DNA of 64,000 nt from assembly GCA_964016885.1 (NCBI GenBank), contig OZ024742.1, positions 228,656,001 through 228,720,000 on the forward strand. Reading direction: 5' to 3'. This document shows, piece by piece, positions 1 to 10,824 of this stretch. The position numbers and the translations under genes are program-made. This DNA comes from Eledone cirrhosa (lineage: Eukaryota). The notes beneath the pieces are model-generated. The model worked only from the letters and a program-made list of their open reading frames with translations, made no database searches and was not told the origin of the DNA. Position 1 is the first letter of the stretch; the number at the start of each line of letters is the position of its first letter.

Positions 1-76
1 AGTGCGTGACTGGTACTTTATTTTATCGACCCCGTAAGGATGAAAGGCAAAGTTAACCTCGGCGGGATTTGAACTC
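1..76 (-). mobile_element. SINE family 1 fragment (central domain), cut by the window start
   Basis: Reverse complement of the 'gagttcaaatcccgccgaggttaactttgcctttcatccttacggggtcgataaaataaagtaccag' block seen in about 10 copies in this window. Confidence 0.8.
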
Positions 77-793
77 AATTGCCAGAAATAATAACAGAAC
101 ACACTCACTGTTTGGTTGGTTTTCGCTTCTGTATCTTTTATATCTCCATAGTTAATTCATTTGCCCATCAATGTTTATCACTGACTGACGAACGGTAAAA
201 AATACAGATATAAATACATATATATAGTCTAACAAAGTTCTTTCGTTGCACATCTGCAACATCATCATACCTGCTGTATTGTATGTATTGTAGTGTCTAC
301 GCCATTTTTATTTTCATATATATATACATAGCCAATTAAGACACTTCTTCCACGCATATCGATATTTGAAAACTTTCAAGCAATCTAAAACATTCTACAT
401 TATTACATAGCAGAATATATATATGTATGCATCCAACTGCATATACACTTAATTATACACACACACATGCACACACACACAGACACAGACACACACACAT
501 ATATATGTATAATATGTATATATGTATAATATGTATATGCGTATACATATATATAATTATAATTAAATTTATATGTATATGGTGAAGTATATATATATAT
601 AATCAAGTATATATGCATATGGAGGGATATATATAAGTATATGTGTGTTTGTGTTGCACGTTTGTATACACAATTAGACATTAAATAACAAATGTAAATA
701 TAAAATATGTTTAATGATGAAATCCATTATCAATAGTAAGTAGAGTAAATATATATTAAGAAATTACGATAATGGTTTCTAATTTTTAATAAT

Positions 794-978
794 TGTTTCT
801 ACTTTTGGCGCAAGGCCAGCAATTATCCCAGTGTATTACTGGTACTTTATTTTATCGACCGTAAGGATGACAGGCAAAGTTAACCTCGGCGGGATTTGAA
901 CTCAGACCATAAAGGGCCATAACTCTTTGCTCAAAGCATGGCGTCCGACCACCTACCGATACTGCCAATCCACCGCCC
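794..978 (-). mobile_element. tRNA-derived SINE family 1, full length, with ~17-bp target-site duplication
   Basis: A-box-like 'tggcagtatcgg', B-box-like 'gagttcaaatcc', tail 'ccttgcgccaaaagtagaaacaattatt'; TSD ttctaa(t/g)ttttaataat at 777-793 and 979-995. Confidence 0.85.
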
Positions 979-1161
979 TTCTAAGTTTTAATAATAATAA
1001 TAATAATGATAATAATTGTTTCATTTATTGGCCACAAAAGCCGATACAGAGGAGACAATACAAAGACTGGGACAGTGGAAGCTTTACACAAAAATCGAGT
1101 AAAATACAAATTAACAAAAATAATTAACAATAAATATATAGCAAAATAAATTCCTCAATAG

Positions 1162-1247
1162 AGGGCGAACTACCCAGGAGCGAACCACACAGGAGCGAAC
1201 CACCCGAGGGAGAATCACCCGGGGGAGAACCACCCAGGGGCGACTCA
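1162..1247. repeat. ~15-bp tandem repeat (about 6 units, ggagcgaaccacaca-like) in the 3' UTR of Tx1 copy A
   Basis: gggcgaactaccca/ggagcgaaccacaca/ggagcgaaccacccga/gggagaatcacccg/ggggagaaccaccca. Confidence 0.75.
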
Positions 1248-4072
1248 GATATTCCACCAATCCTTAACCACACGACACTTCGAAGCCACCCGGAAAGTAA
1301 CCAGCCTTCAGGCGCATGCTCAGAGTAGGCCCATTCACAGGACCATTCTCGCCACTAAGGGGGTTAGCACTTCTCTCTCCACCTTTACATTCCTTTCCCA
1401 TTGTAACTTGAGAAACGTGATGAGGGATTGGCCGTATCTATCTTCAGTCTTTTCAATCTGGTCCACCACACAACTTCTTTTGCTACCGCCACTTGACAGA
1501 GAAAAACTGCCTGTCATTCCTGACGAAAAGAAGGCACGGGGCGATCTTCACTACTGACTTGGTCAATAGCCGGATCCGACATACACGCGACAACAGCTGT
1601 TCGACATAACTCCACAAGTCAGTAATGCATGGACATTGGAAGAGTAGGCGCAGAACGCTTTCGTCGCTCTGTGCGCATCCATGGCAGGTAAGTCTGACAG
1701 CACTTCCGTATCCGTAAAGTGTATCTCGAAATGGCAGTGACCCCCCCCCCCCCGGTAGCACTGCCAAGCGACGGATTTCTGGAAGTTATCCATAACCGTC
1801 GACTCGAAAGGCCACTGAAATAAACTGGTTAGTTCGATTTCGTTGAAATCCAGAGATTCTCCGAGAGCGCCATCGCACTTGCCCACTAATAACTCTCTAT
1901 AGAACTCTAGAGTGGAAGTTCCACTGACCACATTGACCGTCTGGTGAAGGGCAGTGTATCTGGAGATGTCACAGCCTCAGCGCGTGTTTGGAAATCATCA
2001 GCCATGCATCATCAGTCGCTGGGTTTGCAGCTCGGCACCTGGAGAAGCAACTCCATCCCGTTCAACAACATCGTCGGCTGCTGGTCGGACGGACCGGTGA
2101 AGTTGCTCGTGGTTTGGTTCGGACCAGACCCACCAGGTTGATAAGAAATAGGACGAGGTAACGGGAAGGATAGTCACTTTCACCAAGAAATGAGCCGAGA
2201 GGAAGTTATTCCTAAAGTTGTCAAATGTATCCCTCTTGTTCTCGTCGTTTCTCATCAGCGTTACTAAGCCACGGCCCACAGAACTGGAAATAATCCCGTT
2301 CTACTGCCAGTTGTAGTAGATCGCTTCGAGGAGATCGAAGAAAAAGCCTTGCATATCTACATAAAGCTCATAGTGCAGACTATCCAAAACTGGGTGATTT
2401 CGTCTCGTACAGCCGACTAGGGCATCTCGAATCTCGGCTGACGTTATCACCCTTTCGCAGCGCTCTGCATCGGCTGGGGAAAATCGCGGGAGGCCGTCGA
2501 GGTAAGGACGGAATTTCGCCTCAGTCTCTGATCCCCAGCTCCCTTGAACAGCCGAGCAAAGTGTTGGTGAAAGGCCTCACACATCTCCCTGGAATCATTC
2601 AGCTCGCGTTCGTCTCGGTCCGTCAAATTCCGATTTGTGATTTTGTTACCACGCTGCGCCTCCACCGCCCGGACTCATCGAACAGAATGGGTTCCATCGT
2701 TTCTTAGAACACGCACCTTAGCTCTGACAATGCAACCTTTGTGTTTCGCGCTGAAGAATTGGTCTATTGCCATTCTCGCCGCTAGTACGTCAGTTGCAAT
2801 GCCACTGCAAATAGCCTCGTCTAATTTAGCTACCAGCCGCCTGCCTTCTTTTTTCTCTAACGCTACTTCTTTGCTAAAACTTATCGACATTACTGTAATC
2901 TCTCCATTGAGAGCTCCCCCTACCTGTTGTTGAAGACCCTACAGTCAACTTTTGCTTAACTAAATTGTTGACCCGGTCCCTGTAAGCCTCCCATGCCGGA
3001 AAAGACATGTTCAGCTTCCAGTAACCAGGTCCTAACCTGCGTGTCTTATCTAGGTCGACTATACAGATTAGAAACTCGTGATCTGAATGGACGACCGTTT
3101 GAAAGTGTGGACAACCTATACTATCCTTATCTATTGACCTCATATATAAAATATATAAAAACCTATCTATATACGATCTAGATGATCCTATGTGCTTGGC
3201 CCAGGTCCACACTGGCACAGCTGAACTGGCTGATAAGGTACTTGTGGCTTTTGTGTTCCCCCGTTCCTATCAGCTACTCCCACACGTGCGTCTCAGATGC
3301 CGTTCCAGTCCTCCTCTAACAGTAAAGGAGGAGACGTTCCCAGAAAGGCTTCCAAGCGCCTAAAGAAGTCCGGCTGTCCTCCCAAGTCGCGTCCGGGCAG
3401 ATCGACCTTCCCACGAGATCCAGGCCTTTCTTAAACAGCACTGCCACCCCACCTCCCATATCTCGAAGATATGATAGTTGTTGAAAATGGGAGATAGCGC
3501 GCATGTCAGAAATCCTGGTCTCGCTGACGGCAATCACATTCATATCTAGTGAGCTGAGGTCGTTCAACAGGTGACCCTGCTTCCAGGACAACCCCAGGCC
3601 ACGAATATTCAACCATCCCATGTTAAGATGGTCATGTTGGCTGGTTAATATAAGAGGGGAAAGGTTTACTTACCTCCCGGCGTCTTGTGGAGGTCAGGTA
3701 GTTCGCCCTTCATCGTTGGTGGAGTTTCCATTGGGAACATCTATATTTCAGTGTTCTCCTCTCCTTTGCTGCCATTACCTCTACCGGGACGTTTAAGTTG
3801 GCCCAAGTCTTTTCGCCTGGGCCAAACGTTCATTTTTTTCTGTTAAGTCAGAATTGTATAGCGTTTGACTCTTTGTCGCTGTGGCTGCGAAAGTACTCTT
3901 GTTTACGTTGTTGTTGCCGTTCTTTTTGGTGCTGCTGTTTTGTTGCATTCCATTGTTGCTGATAGTGTTGTTGTTATTCATGTTGTTGGTGTTATTGCTA
4001 TTCATGTGGTTGGTGTTATCGTTGTTGCTGCTGTTGTTCGTGTTGCCATTTTTGTTCGCATTATTGTTTTCA

Positions 4073-4178
4073 AAATCCCACCGAGGTTCACTTTGCCTTT
4101 CGTCCTTACGGGGTCGATAAAATAAAGTACCAGTAATGCACTGGGGTAATGGCTGGCCTTGTGCCAAAGGTAGAAAGA
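4073..4178 (+). mobile_element. 5'-truncated SINE family 1 inserted in ORF1 of Tx1 copy A
   Basis: SINE core plus tail; 13-bp TSD ATTATTGTTTTCA at 4060-4072 and 4179-4191. Confidence 0.85.
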
Positions 4179-4533
4179 ATTATTGTTTTCACTGTTTTTG
4201 CTGTTGTTATTGTCGTTATTGTCGTTGTTTTTGTTGTTGGTGCTGCCCAATGTGGTGCTGGTATTTGCAATGATTATGGGAGGAGGGCTATTACTCCACT
4301 CGACGTTTAAGTCGCTGGCACTTGACAGCTGACATAACGGGAGGGGACGTGTCTCGTTCATGTTTTTTTTTTAGGAAAAGAAATTAAAAAAAATAAGGTT
4401 CAAATATTTGGGCTCAAAGGCATATATTATGGGGTCGTCTTTACACAGGACAAATACAATAATTCAATGCAAAAACTTGAAAATTAACTAACTCACGGTT
4501 CAAACAAAAACACGTCTTCACAGACCGACAACC

Positions 4534-4585
<52 letters not shown>

Positions 4586-4828
4586 TTTTCTTTATTAACC
4601 ACAAGGGTTCACATAAAGTAGACATTAAGGACAGTACAGGACAATACAGGACGGTACAAATGGGCATTTCTGCGTGTAAAAAAACAGAGGTTGAAATAAA
4701 ATAACAAAGAAAAAATTCCCCAATAGGGGGGAGACTTCCAAGGGACATTTGTGGAGAAAGCCCATTAAAAGACCACAGTGGCCCTGACCACCAGGGCAAG
4801 TGCCCTCTCCCAGTTTTCCACCTTTAAT

Positions 4829-7800
4829 TTACAGACACATACTCAGAGAAGGCCCATTCATTCGGGCCAAACTTGCTTCTCTCACCCATCTTTCAACAAA
4901 ATGCTGGGAAGAGAGCACTTCCCGCTCTACCCTGATTTTCCTTTTCAAATGAAATTTGAAAAAGTTAATCAGGGCATCACCGAAGAGGTAAGTGCTCGTC
5001 TTCAGCCCTTTCAAACGTGTCCACCATACTATCTCATTCGCCATGGCCACCAGACAGATAAAAACTGCCTGCCCTTCCAGGCTAAAGGAAGGGGGCGGGG
5101 CAATCCTCACGATGGACTCAGCTGATAGCTGGATAGGTCCTACACGTGACAGCAGGTGTTCGACATAAACCCACGAGTCAGCAATGCTCGGACACTGGAC
5201 GAGTGCGTGCAGGACGGTTTCGTCGCCCTGCGCGCATCTCGGACATGCCCGGCTGACGGCACCTCCATGCCTGTAGAGTTTATCCCGAACTGGCAAAGCT
5301 CCTCGGTAGCACTGCCAGGCCAGGGATTTCTGGAAGTTGTCCATAGGCCCCGGCCCGAAAGTCCTTCCTAAGAGATTGGCTAGTTGATTTTCGTCGACGC
5401 CTAGAGTTTCTCCAAGTACGTCGTCGCTCTTCCCCTCCACTAATCCTCTATAGAACGCCGAGGTGGAGTTTCCACCGATCACATTGCCCGATTGGTCGAG
5501 GGCTGTGAGCGCCTGAAGACATTCCAGTCTCCAAGCGCTCCCTCTCGGTCTTCGCTTGACCCAGGACTGCAGCTCCGTCAAGGAGACGAGCTGGGGAAAA
5601 ACGTGTCTTGCAAACGGCGACCACACCTGATCACCGTCGAGGAAGAGGTGGAGATGTCGTAGCCTGAGCGCGTGTCTGCGCATCATCAGCCGCGGCATGT
5701 CCAGCCCTCCACGTAGCGGGTGTTGACAGCAGATGGACCGCCTGACCATCGGAGCGCGTCCCTTCCACAAGAAGCGAAAGAGCAAACGCTCCAGCACAGT
5801 CAGGCGGGGCTTAGGACAAGGTACGACGGTCAGGCGGTAGTAGATGACGGATGCGATGTACGCATTCGCCACCTCCGCTCGACCTTTCAGGGATAGCTTC
5901 CTCTCGGCCCATTTCTGGGTGAGAGAAGCCACCCTGCTCGTCACCTCGTCCCAGTTTTTGTCCGTCTGGAGGTCTGGACCGAACCAGACCCCTAGCAATT
6001 TAACCGGTCCGTCCGTCCAGCGCCCGACTACGCTGTTGGACGGCATGGACCTGCCTCTCCAGGTGCCGAGCTGCAGGCCCACTGACTTTTCCTGGTTGAT
6101 CATTGCTCCTGTCACCGCTTCGTATTCTCTTAGTGTAGTGCCGATCGCCTCGATGTGTTTGGCGTTCGACACCACTACGGTGACATCGTCGGCATATGCT
6201 GACACGGATCTTCCGCATCCTAGTTCGCGCGGGACCCCCCTCAACGTCTCCAGTTTGTGCAGTAATGGCTCGAGAGTCAATACGTACAATAGGGACGAGA
6301 GGGGACATCCTTGGCGGACCGAGCGCATGATGTTGAACGGTTCCGAAAGGTGACCGTTCACTCTCACTACAGAGCAGATGTCGCTGTGCATGGCAGCGAT
6401 CCAGCCTCTGAAGACGGGCCCAAAGCCAGCCGCCCTCAGGACTGCCGTTAGGTAACGATGGTCGACCCTATCGAAGGCTTTCGACTGATCTAAATTGATC
6501 AAAGACCCACCCGTGCCAGGTTCCCTAGCTACCCTCTCTACGATGTATCGCATGAGGTGGAGGTTGTCGTGGATGGATCTGTCGGGAATGGCGCATGTCT
6601 GTGCCTCTCCCACCAGACCACCAACGACAAGCGCCAACCTCTTTGCTAGCACCTTGGCCAAAATCTTGAACTCTGTGTTTAGCAGAGTTATGGGCCTAAA
6701 ATTATCTATGTTATCCCCCTTGTTCGGATCCTTTCTCAGCAGCGCCACCGCTCCTCGGCTCACAGAGCTGGGAATTCTCCCGTTCTGTTGCCAGTTGCAG
6801 TAGACGTCCGCCAAGAGGCCTCCGAACAAGTTTGGCATTTGTACGTAAAGTTCATAGGGCAGACCATCCAAACCAGGCGATTTACCCCTTGTGCAACTAG
6901 TCATTGCATCCCGTACTTCAGCGGTTGTTATCGGCTTTTCGCAACACTCCGCCTCAGTGGCCGAAAGCCGCGGCAGTCCGTCGAGGTAGACACTAAAGTC
7001 CATCCCTCGATCCGGCCCGCCACTGGCCCCGAACAGTTGAGCGAAGTGTCGCTGAAAAGTTTCACACATTTGCCCGGGATCGAGTAGCATGCGCCCGTCG
7101 TGGTCCACCAAAGACCGGATCGTGGCTTTGTTGCCACGACGCGCCTCCGCCACTCGGGCCCATTGAACGGCTTTCGTCCCCTCGTGTCTGAGAGCACGCA
7201 CCCTAGCTCTGACAACGCAGCCTTCGTGCTTTGCATTGAAGAATTGGTCAAGGGCCAATTTCGCCGCAAGTACGTCGGTCGCGATGCCTTTGCTAAGCGC
7301 CTCATCTAATTTTCTAACTAATTCTCCCTCTGCTCTATTTTTCTCTATTGCTAAAGTCTTACTAAACCTAATGGACTCTATTCTAATTGCTCTTTTCAGA
7401 GCAAACCACCACTTGTTGTTGACGATGGCCCCCGTCAACGCCCGCTTAACTAGTTCGCTAATCCGGTCTCTGTAGGCCTTGCGCGCTGGTAAGGACGCGT
7501 TTAGCTTCCAGTAGCCGGGTCCTCGTCTATGAAGCCTATCTAAGTCAAGCACACAGATCACGAATTTGTGGTCCGTGTAGCTGACTATCTTGAATTGTGG
7601 ACAGCCTATGCTAGACCTATCTATTTCCCTACAAAATACTCTATCTAGATATGATCTGGATGACCCTATGCGATTTGTCCAAGTCCACATTGGTACATTC
7701 GGGAAATCCATTCGGTACCTGTCAGACAGTTCAAAACGTCTGAGCAGGTTGGTGAGACTCTTGCACCCTCCTTCCCTATCCACTAATCCCACACAATCCC

Positions 7801-8248
7801 AGCGTGCATCTAAGATCCCGTTCCAGTCGCCCACTAACACTAAAGAGCGGGACGTTCCAAGAAAGGTCTCCAGACGCCGGAAGAAATCAGGCCGCCCTGC
7901 TCCTGTTGGGGCATAGACGGCCACTAACCTGAAAGCTTGCCCGTCTCCGCTGGTCACGTCCAGCACCACCAACTTACCTTCTGGGTCCAGGAAGATGGCC
8001 CGTATGGCAAGATCCAAACCTCTCCGAAAAAGCACAGCAACTCCTCCCCCCGATCCCGGACGGCTGGGAGATGCGTACACATCGTAGCCGCCGAAGATCG
8101 GTGCGAAAGCCTGTGCTTCGGAGATTCTGGTCTCGCTGATGGCCACTACATCTATGTTTCGTGACCTGAGGTCGTTGAGCAGGTGGCCCTGCTTCCATGA
8201 CGACCCCAAGCCACGCGCATTTATGCTGCCTATTCTGAGTGAGGTCAT
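4829..8248 (-). CDS. ORF2 of copy B: APE endonuclease, reverse transcriptase and C-terminal Cys/His finger (1139 aa, uninterrupted)
   Basis: APE motifs SINARG, SETR, VYAP, GDWN, YLDR, TDH; RT motifs KSPGLDG, RPITLLN, KAFDRV, RQGCPLS, YADD, KLLGV; CPRC..ETVLHALVQC. Confidence 0.95.
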   Translation of the reverse strand: MTSLRIGSINARGLGSSWKQGHLLNDLRSRNIDVVAISETRISEAQAFAPIFGGYDVYASPSRPGSGGGVAVLFRRGLDLAIRAIFLDPEGKLVVLDVTSGDGQAFRLVAVYAPTGAGRPDFFRRLETFLGTSRSLVLVGDWNGILDARWDCVGLVDREGGCKSLTNLLRRFELSDRYRMDFPNVPMWTWTNRIGSSRSYLDRVFCREIDRSSIGCPQFKIVSYTDHKFVICVLDLDRLHRRGPGYWKLNASLPARKAYRDRISELVKRALTGAIVNNKWWFALKRAIRIESIRFSKTLAIEKNRAEGELVRKLDEALSKGIATDVLAAKLALDQFFNAKHEGCVVRARVRALRHEGTKAVQWARVAEARRGNKATIRSLVDHDGRMLLDPGQMCETFQRHFAQLFGASGGPDRGMDFSVYLDGLPRLSATEAECCEKPITTAEVRDAMTSCTRGKSPGLDGLPYELYVQMPNLFGGLLADVYCNWQQNGRIPSSVSRGAVALLRKDPNKGDNIDNFRPITLLNTEFKILAKVLAKRLALVVGGLVGEAQTCAIPDRSIHDNLHLMRYIVERVAREPGTGGSLINLDQSKAFDRVDHRYLTAVLRAAGFGPVFRGWIAAMHSDICSVVRVNGHLSEPFNIMRSVRQGCPLSSLLYVLTLEPLLHKLETLRGVPRELGCGRSVSAYADDVTVVVSNAKHIEAIGTTLREYEAVTGAMINQEKSVGLQLGTWRGRSMPSNSVVGRWTDGPVKLLGVWFGPDLQTDKNWDEVTSRVASLTQKWAERKLSLKGRAEVANAYIASVIYYRLTVVPCPKPRLTVLERLLFRFLWKGRAPMVRRSICCQHPLRGGLDMPRLMMRRHALRLRHLHLFLDGDQVWSPFARHVFPQLVSLTELQSWVKRRPRGSAWRLECLQALTALDQSGNVIGGNSTSAFYRGLVEGKSDDVLGETLGVDENQLANLLGRTFGPGPMDNFQKSLAWQCYRGALPVRDKLYRHGGAVSRACPRCAQGDETVLHALVQCPSIADSWVYVEHLLSRVGPIQLSAESIVRIAPPPSFSLEGQAVFICLVAMANEIVWWTRLKGLKTSTYLFGDALINFFKFHLKRKIRVEREVLSSQHFVERWVREASLARMNGPSLSMCL

Positions 8249-8282
8249 GTTGAAAAGGAGTGGAAAAGATGGGAAAGACCAC

Positions 8283-10313
8283 TTACCTTACTTCTCGTAG
8301 GGGAAGGACGGCTTTTCCATCCTTTTCACTGCTTGTGGCCTCCTCAGGAAGGATGTCCTTATAAATCCTCCTGGAGAGTGCTTGTCGGAAGTCTCCGATG
8401 TCTTTGGGGAATTTTTGTTTTAGTGTCATGTACGTTTTCTGTGTGATGCGAGTGATTTGTATGTGTGGAGGTGGTGTGAATTTTGGGGTTGTTGTGTAGT
8501 CTTTTTCTGTGATGCTGGTGTTGTGTTGGATGTAGTGTAATAATTGCTTGTTGTTCAAATTTAATGCTGTGTAGTGTGTATCGTTTTGGTTGTTTTGTTT
8601 TGTTTGCGTTTGTTGTGGGTTTGTTTCTGTTTCGAATTTTGGTGACTTTTGTGGTGTAGGTGATGGTGGTGTTGGAGTTAATGATGGTGATGGTGTTGGT
8701 GTTTGGGTTGATGGGGTTGGTGATGCTGGTGTGGATGGTGGCATATCTGTCCTAACTTTTTTGTTTCTTAGTATATTTGTTTCCCTCTGTATTTTGTTTT
8801 TGGAGGGGGTAGGAAGAGAATTTTTTCTTTTTTGGTTTCTTTTTTTTTTCCGGATATCGTTTCCCACTCCTCGTCGTCACAATCTGTCTCCAGTTGTGAT
8901 AGGCCGGGGAGTGGAAAATCCTCCACAGCCGTTAGTTTTGGTTGTGGTGTGGTGGATGGTGTAGGCGCTGGTGCTAGTTCTGAAGCGTTGGGTGGTGGTG
9001 GTGTTGGTTTTGCTGGTGGTGGTAGTGGTGTTGGTTTTGCTACTGTTGCTGGGGTTGTTGCTGTTATAGTTGCTTCTGTTGTTGCTGCTACAGTTGTTGC
9101 TGGCATCTCTGCTACTGGTGGTGTTGATGGTTGTGTCACTGGGGTGGGTAGGAGAGGTGGCCTCAACCTTTTAGTCTGAGGGCAGAAAGCCCTTAGGTGG
9201 GTTCCTTCACCACAAACGACACACCTAGGTCTTCTGCCCTCGACAATTACCGTGAGGTGGCTGCCGTCAGTGAGGTCTATTACCTCTGGGATCTCCTCAA
9301 TGCTTTTTTGGTCCGCTTGGATCAGGAGCTCCATCCCAGATCCGGACCAGTTTTCCTGCTTTTCTTTTGCTATTGTTATTATTTTCGTGTTGGCCTCGAT
9401 GCCGGCGATGACAGCCGCTATTAGCCAGGGAATTTCGATGGCCGGTGGAACGTGGGTCACCCTGATCTTTACGCGTCTCTGGCCACAATAGCTTGGGACG
9501 AGTGTGAAGTCGTCACTTTTTAATGGGGCCATGGAGTGTTCTCTAGCCTCCTCTGGTGTTTCAAAGAACACATCCACGGTTCCATACTTTTGCCCACGTC
9601 TGATGTGGGTTTTTCTTGCCCACACATGTCCCAAAGCTTTTTGGATTTGGGACTCGGATGCCCGTTCCACTCGGCGCGATTTTACATTTATTGTTCTATA
9701 CGACACGGTGCACAGGCGCCGATGCTCCATTTTATTAGGTGGGGGTGGGGGGGTGGGGGGTGGGGGTGAGGCTGACCCTGTACCCATCTTTCTTTACCAT
9801 TTGTTTGGCATTTTCTAAATCTTCTTGAGTTACCGTGAACGCTTCGAATTGTTTTGCTACGATGGCGAAACTGAGGGTCGGTTTTATAATGTCATTGTTG
9901 TTGTTGTTGCTATCGTTAATATTAATTTTATTTTCAGTTGTGGTGGTGGTGACGTCAGTTGTCTTTGGTGGGGAAGAGTCCATTTTGCTTGATTTCATTT
10001 CGACGTCACGAGTTAATTTATTTTTTTCTTCTTTTGTTTCTGTTGTCGCGGTGGTGGTGGTGGTGGTGGTGGTGGTTGTCGCGGTGGTGGTGGTGGTTGT
10101 CGCGGTGGTGGTGGTGGTGGAGGGTTTAACACCTGCAGTCATTGGTAATGGCGGGAAATGAATGTCTGCCTGAGACAAATTTAAAATATTGCTACTGCTT
10201 ATATTTTTTTTTGTGTTGGCAAACGTAGTAACATTTACAATGGTGGTGTCGGTGTGAGGTGTTATTTTGTGAGGAAGGCTTTCAGCTGCTTCGTGCAGAG
10301 GGGAATTAGCCAT
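8283..10313 (-). CDS. ORF1 of copy B (RRM-like region, CCHC knuckle, Pro/Thr-rich linker), split over three frames
   Basis: Overlapping ORFs 9735-10313, 8768-9787 and 8283-8867; knuckle CVVCGEGTHLRAFC; frame changes lie near homopolymer runs. Confidence 0.8.
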
Positions 10314-10522
10314 TTTTTTTCAAAGAAATTTTTGGATAATAATAAAAGTTAAAATTTTGGGCACAAGGCCCCAATCTTTTTGGGTGTCCTTTTCGGAAAA
10401 CAATGTATGTGTGCTTATAAACAGTTTACAATAAAATTTTCCATAAATGGCAATTTTTAAACAAACGGAAATAACAAACCTTTGCCGAGCTCACGATAAT
10501 ACGATTTCCTACGTAGGTCGCC

Positions 10523-10563
<41 letters not shown>

Positions 10564-10824
10564 TTTCTTTATTAACCACAAGGGTTTACATAAAGTAGAC
10601 ATTAAGGACAGTGCAGGACAATGCAGGACGGTACAAATGGGCATTTCTGCGTGTAAAAAAACAAAAAACAGAGGATGTAACAAAAATAACAATGAAAATA
10701 ACAATGAAAAATTCCCCAATAGGGGGGAGACTTCGGAGGGACATTTGTGGAGAAAGCCCAGTAAAAAGCCACAATGACCCTGACCACCAAGGCAAGTGCC
10801 CTCTCCCAGTTTTCCACCTTTAGT

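Larger units (their letters stand above)
1017..4533 (-). mobile_element. Degenerate Tx1/L1-clade LINE (copy A) with deletions and an internal inversion
   Basis: ORF fragments homologous to the ORF2 of copy B (NIRGLG..SETR, YIDR..SDH..GPGYWKLN, KHKGCIVRA, MDNFQKS..WQCYRG); flanked by (AAT)n at 990-1016 and 4534-4584. Confidence 0.9.
4585..10522 (-). mobile_element. Apparently full-length Tx1/L1-clade non-LTR retrotransposon (copy B)
   Basis: 5' UTR, ORF1, ORF2, and 3' UTR ending AATAAA-gaaaac; bounded by (AAT)n at 4534-4584 and 10523-10561. Confidence 0.95.
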
